Shown here piece after piece: positions 50,267-55,350 of a stretch of DNA of 55,350 nt. Origin of the DNA: Chiloscyllium plagiosum (taxonomy: Eukaryota); contig NC_057757.1 of NCBI RefSeq assembly GCF_004010195.1, positions 4,037,498-4,092,847 on the forward strand, in the 5' to 3' direction. Both the position numbers and the translations under genes were made by a program. How positions within the stretch are numbered: the stretch's first letter is position 1; each line of letters starts with the position of its first letter. Under the pieces are notes generated by a model. That model did no database searches and had not been told where the DNA came from. It saw only the letters and a list, made by a program, of their open reading frames with translations.

Positions 50267-50608
50267 CCATGATGTTGACCCTGGCGCGGGCACACACCTC
50301 CTTCCTGCCGTTGTCCAGGCAACACTCGATGGCACCCCCTGGCCGCCCGAAGGAGAAGCCCGGCACGCGGAAGCTGGCCAATCCGCCGGCCTCTTCCAGG
50401 ATCAGGACGGGGAGCTCGGAGCGGGCTCCTCCGGCTGCCCCCACTCTCCGCAGCTCGAAGCGGCGCTGCTCGGTAGAGTTGTGGATCCCGCAGTTCACTC
50501 CCAGGTCGTCAGTGGTGATACAGTGCAGGTTCAAGCCCCAGTGAAAACTCAGCTCTTCCCCATGTTTCGCTCTGACCTCGGAGTGCACTGCCCAGAAAAC
50601 ATCGGCGT
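50267..50608 (-). CDS. Gene B second extracellular exon: atypical Ig-like domain
   Basis: Acceptor ctgtctttgcag|AC, donor ATGG|gtacgt, 342 nt, phase 1-1, open, GC/CpG-rich unique sequence. Encodes (D)ADVFWAVHSEVRAKHGEELSFHWGLNLHCITTDDLGVNCGIHNST...LASFRVPGFS...AIECCLDNGRKEVCARARVNIM. Beta-strand pattern and a G-strand-like end; no canonical B-strand Cys. Confidence 0.78.
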
Positions 50609-53174
50609 CTGCAAAGACAGGAAAACAACAGCGTCACAGCAGGAGGGACTCAATACATCCTCATGTCGGAAGCAGAAGAGAATAGATGGGAGGACCATTC
50701 ATCTCCCTCCGCCATTTTTAATCCTGACATGATCGATCCTGGGCTCCCACATCCCCCCATTCATTCAGATCAATCTGCCAATGGAGCCTCTGGGAGGGAG
50801 AATCCCAAAGAAATTTCCTCCCATTGTGTTCCTTACCTCCTGTCAAAGAATCATACATAAATTCATAAGATAAAGGAATGGAATTAGGCCATTCGGCCCA
50901 TCAAGTCTGCTCAGCCATTCCATCATGGCTGATTCACTCCTCACCCCCATTTTCCTACCTTCTCCCCCTATCTCTTCGACACATTACCAATTAAAAATCT
51001 GTCAAATTCCTCCTTAAATTTACTCGTTGTCCCAGCATCCACTGCACTTTGGGGTAGCGAATTTCACGGATTCACAATCCTTTGGGAGAACTCGCTTCTC
51101 CCCAACTCTGTTTTAAATTTGCTTCCCCTTTATCCTAAGACTGTGACCTCTCGACCCAGAATGTCCCGCAAGAGGAAGCATTCACTCCACGTCTACTTTA
51201 TCCACACCTTTCATCATCTTGAATACCTCCATTTGATATCCCCATATTCATCTAAATCACAGAGAGTATAGGCCTAGTCTGTTCAATCTCTCTCCATACG
51301 ACAAACCCTTCATCTCTGGGATCGATCTAGTGAACCTCCTCCGAAATGCCTCCAATGCCACTGCATCTTTCCTCAAACAAAGAGACCGAAACTGTGCACA
51401 ATACTCCAGGTGTGGTCTCACCAGTTGCTTGTACAGTTGCAACAATGCTTCCTTACCTTTATATTCTATTCCTTTAGCTATAAAAGCAATTCATTTTCTT
51501 TATTATCTGTTTAGCTGCATGCTAGTTTTATGGGACTCATGAATAAAGACAGTCAGAAACCTCTGCACCTGACCACCTTTAAGTCTCTCCCCATTTAGAT
51601 AATAGGTCATCTTCCCATTTAACCAACCGAAATGCACAACCTCACGCTTATCCACATTACACTCCATCTGCCACATTTCCGCCCACTCTCCTAACCAATC
51701 TATATGCATTTGTAAGATTCTTATTTCATCATTGCAATATATTGTCCTGCCTATTTTAGTGTTGTCTGCAAATTTGGCTGTACAGCCTTCTATCCTTGTA
51801 TCCACGTCGGTAACATGGATTGTAAATAGCTGGGGAATCCAAGGACCGAACCCTTTGGCACAGAAACAGACCCTTCAGCCCAACTTGTCCATGCTGACCT
51901 GGTTTACCAAACTAAACTAGTCCCATTTGCCTGTGTTTGGCCTACGTCCCGCTAAAAGCTTTCCTATTCATGTATCCATTCAAATGCCTTTTAAATATTG
52001 CAATTGTACCAGACTCCAGCAGTTCCTCTGGCAGCTCATTCCATGCACACACCACCCACTATAAATTTAGATAAATTTGTCTAAACAATTTATCATTGTT
52101 TCGATAAATGGCAAACGACAGTGGACCCAGAACTGATTCTTGTGACACACTGCTGGTCACAGGCCTCCAGTCTGAAAAACAAGCCTCCTGTCTCCTACCA
52201 TCAAGCCAAGTCAGTATCGAATTGGCTGGCCCTCCCCGGATCCCTGTGACTGATCCTTGCTAACAAGTCTACAATGCGGTATCTTTCTAACGCCCATTTC
52301 CGCCACTCTGCCTTCACCAATTTGCTCACTTCTTCAAAAAAACTCAAATCAAGTTGCTTCCCACGCACAAAGCCATGCTGACCATCCCTAATTAGTCCTT
52401 GCCTTTCCAAATGTCGATTCTGTCCCTCACAGAGCCCTCCAACAAATTACCCACCACTGATGAACCTCCAAAGAATAAGCCACCCAGACTTATTCCCCTA
52501 TTAATCTACATTTACCCCTGATTAATACATATAACCTGCACACATTGGGCAATTTAGCATGGCCAATCCACCCTACACTGCACATGACAGGAGGAAACCA
52601 GAGCACCCAGAGGAAACCCACGCAGATACCAAGGGAACGTGTAAGCTCCACATAGACAGTCACCCGAGGCTGGAATCAAACTGGGGTCCCTGGCACTGTG
52701 AGTCAGCAGGGCTAAGCACTGAGCCACAGTGCCACTCGCAGTAGGGCGAGAGTAGGGAGGTGGCTTGGTGGCTCAGTGATTAGCACTGCTGCCTCACAGC
52801 ATTAGCTTCCCAAGTTCGATTCCAGCCTTGGGTGACTATCTGTGTGGAGTTTGCACATTCTCCCCGTGTCTGCGTGGGTTTCCTCTGGGTGCTCCAGTTT
52901 CCTCCCACAGTCCAAAGATGTGCAGGTCAGGTGAATTGGTCATGCTAAATTGCCCGTAGTGCTAGGTGCATTAGTCAGAGGGAAATGGGTCTGGGTGGGT
53001 TACTCTTTGGAGGGTTGGTGTGGACTGGTTGGGCCGAAGGGCCTGTTTCCACACCGGATGCAATTGAGCTCAACATTCAGCCAAGATCCTATTGAATGGT
53101 GGAGCAAGCTCGAGGGGCCAAATGGCATCCACCTATTCCTATTTCTACGTTTCTATTCTACAAAGGCTGCTTAC

Positions 53175-53513
53175 CTTGACTGACGCCCAGCGAAACCATG
53201 GAGCAAAGTTCACTCTTCTGCTGGGGGTTCGGGCGGATGAAACAAAGGTAGGTGCCACTGTCGTTCAGCTTGGCATTCTGGAGGGTCAGGTTATGGTTGG
53301 GATGCAGCATGGTCCTGTTCTTGTACCAGGCACTTTGGCGATTGCCCATGGAGTCTTCTGGCTGCCCATGCACCACCAAGTCACCGCCAGTCGATTGTTT
53401 CTGCCAGATGATGCTAGTGGGCTCCGCCACACCAGTAGCTTGGCACGGCAGGACGACTGAGTTCCCACATGTAACCGATACGTTGGAGACTACATTCCTG
53501 CACAGTGCCTGTC
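53175..53513 (-). CDS. Gene B IgV exon: B7-family (CD80/CD86/ICOSL/CD276-like) V domain
   Basis: Acceptor ctttgtcccatag|GA, donor CAAG|gtaagc, 339 nt, phase 1-1. Encodes (G)QALCRNVVSNVSVTCGNSVVLPCQATGVAEPTSIIWQKQSTGGDLVVHGQPEDSMGNRQSAWYKNRTMLHPNHNLTLQNAKLNDSGTYLCFIRPNPQQKSELCSMVSLGVSQ. LPC, WQK, LVVH, YKNRT and DSGTYLC are B7-type V-domain motifs. Confidence 0.9.
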
Positions 53514-53794
53514 CTATGGGACAAAGTGACTCCGATTATGACACCCGCCCCCATCACCCCGGTCACCTGCTTCACAGGTAATCTCGTTGAAAAGTAGCAG
53601 ATTCATTAAGGGTCAACGTTGAGCGGATGTTTCCCCCTGCTGGGAGAGCTTAGGGTCAGAGGGCACCATCTCAGAGTAAAGGGGTGCCAACTTCAGACTG
53701 AGCTCAGGAGGAATTTCTTCGCTCAGAGGGTCAAGAGTGTGTGGAGTTGTAGTGAGGACGAACTGCATACTCTAAGGGTCGGTGTTGAGGAGCG

Positions 53795-54392
53795 CTGAGG
53801 AAGTGCCGCACTATCAGGGGGTCAGTGCTGAGGGGGTGCCACACTGTCAGAGTGTCAGTGCTGAGGGAATGGGCACTGTCAGAGGGTCAGTGCTGAGGGA
53901 ATGGGCACTGTCAGAGGGTCAGTGCTGAGGGTGTGCTGCACTGTCAGAGGATTAGTGCTGAGGGAGTGCCGCACTGTCAGAGGGTCAGTGCAGAGGGAGT
54001 GCTGCACTGTCAGGGGGTTAGTGCTGAGGGAGTGCTGCAGGGTCAGAGGGTCATGCTGAGGGAGTGCTGCACTGTCAGAGGGTCAGTGGTGAGGGTGTGC
54101 TGCATTGTCGGAGGGTCAGTGCTGAGGGAGTGCTGGACTGTCAGAGGATCAGTGCTGAGGAAGTGCCACACCATTAGAGGGTCAGTGCTGAGGGAGTGCT
54201 GCACTGTCGGAGGGTCAGTGCTGAGGGAGTGGGCACTATCAGAGGGTCAGTGCTCAGGGAGTGCCGGACTGTCAGAGGCCCAGTGCTGAGGGAGTGCCGG
54301 TCTGTAGGAGGGTCAGTGCTGAGGGAATAGCAGTGTTGGAGGACCATTGCTGAGGGAGCACCACAATGTCGGCAGGTTAGTGCTGATGGAGT
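53795..54392 (+). repeat. Minisatellite, 32-33-bp unit
   Basis: AGAGGGTCAGTGCTGAGGGAGTGCTGCACTGTC repeated about 18 times. Confidence 0.92.
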
Positions 54393-54730
54393 GGTCTATA
54401 AAATTCTAACCAGACTAGACAGCGTAAACAGAGAAAGGCTGCTTCTGATAACAGTGGGCAGGCGAGAGATCACAGTCTAAAGGAGATGGGGTGGGACTAA
54501 GACGAGGAGAGACGTCTTCACCCACAGGGTGGAGACTGTGGAATATCCTGCCATAGAAAGTGGATAGGCCAAAATATTGTGTTTTCTTGAAGGAATTAAA
54601 TATAGTTCCACGGGCTAAAGTGAGAAAAGGTTATTGAGTTTGAGGGTCAGCTGTGATCACATTGAATGGCAGAGCAAGCTCTATGAGTCAACTGACCTTC
54701 TCCTGTTGCTATTTACCCTTCTTCCATCTT

Positions 54731-55090
54731 GTAGAGGGAGCTTTACTCTGTATCTAACACCATGCTGTCCTTGTATTGGGAGTTTTTGATGGGGGACAGT
54801 GTAGGGGGAGCTTTACTCTGTATCTGACCCCATGCTGTCCTCTCCTGGGAGTTTTTAATGGGTGGACAGTGTAGAGAGAGCTTTACTCTGTGTCTAACCC
54901 CGTGCTGTCCCTGTCCTGGGGAGAGTTTGACAGGGGACGATGTAGAGGGAGCCTCACTCTATATCTAACCCCATGCTATCCCTGTCCTGGGGGGTGTTTG
55001 ATGGGGGGATCAGTGTAAAGGGAGCTTTACTCTGTATCTATGCCGATGCTGTCCCTGTCCTGGGAGTGTTTGATGGGGGACAGTGTAGGG
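54731..55090 (+). repeat. Tandem repeat, 70-72-bp unit, about 5 copies
   Basis: GTAGAGGGAGCTTTACTCTGTATCTAACCCC... recurs at 54731, 54801, 54871, 54942 and 55014. Confidence 0.92.
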
Positions 55091-55350
55091 CTACCTCAGC
55101 ACTTGCAGTGAACCCTAAAGAGGAGGACTCTCCCTCTCTCCCTCCATCTCTCTCTCGCCCTCCTCCCAATCTGATTCTCCCATTCTCTCTCTCTCCATAT
55201 TCTGTCCCTGTTTCTCCATCCTCCATTTCTCCCCTTCTCTCTCTCCCTGACCCCATCTCTCTCTCTCTCCCTCTCAATCTCTCTTACAAGTCACCGCAGT
55301 CTCTCTCTCCCTCTCCTTCCTCTCTCTCTCTTCCTCTCTGTCTCTCTCTC

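Noticed and set aside
50196-50732. Plus-strand ORFs antisense to the gene B exons (also 53092-53581 and 30442-30696)
   Set aside because: Shadows of GC-rich coding exons; the splice signals and Ig motifs are on the minus strand.
53514-55350. Leader exon of gene B
   Set aside because: The region is almost entirely CR1, minisatellite and CT repeat. A 20-nt AG/GT-bounded stretch near 55095-55114 has a weak donor and a stop in the only frame compatible with the IgV exon. The leader probably lies beyond the window.

Overview
Repeat-dense eukaryotic DNA with four N gaps. The repeat content (HE1/V-SINE-type SINEs, CR1-clade LINEs, Penelope-like elements) points to a cartilaginous fish, probably a shark. 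Short exons of two adjacent immunoglobulin-superfamily genes lie on the minus strand, and the ORF track mostly misses them. Gene A (complete, 5 coding exons, 36960->17305, 265 aa) has a signal peptide, a CD28/CTLA-4-like VJ-type IgV domain, a transmembrane helix and a tail with an ITIM (VLYSVI) and an ITSM-like motif (EIYSRI). The two tyrosines are 25 residues apart, as in PD-1 and BTLA. Gene B (5' end not found in the window; exons 53513->43288) has a B7-family IgV domain, an atypical second Ig-like domain and a probable GPI-anchor signal. The main hypothesis is a physically linked B7-like ligand / CD28-PD-1-like inhibitory receptor pair. Other points: a cytoplasmic exon readable in two frames, a 701-bp direct duplication flanking a SINE, hammerhead-ribozyme cores in Penelope-derived repeats, a solo LTR, two MITE families and TE-derived minisatellites. 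All gene models come from reading splice sites and phases by eye; there is no transcript or database evidence.
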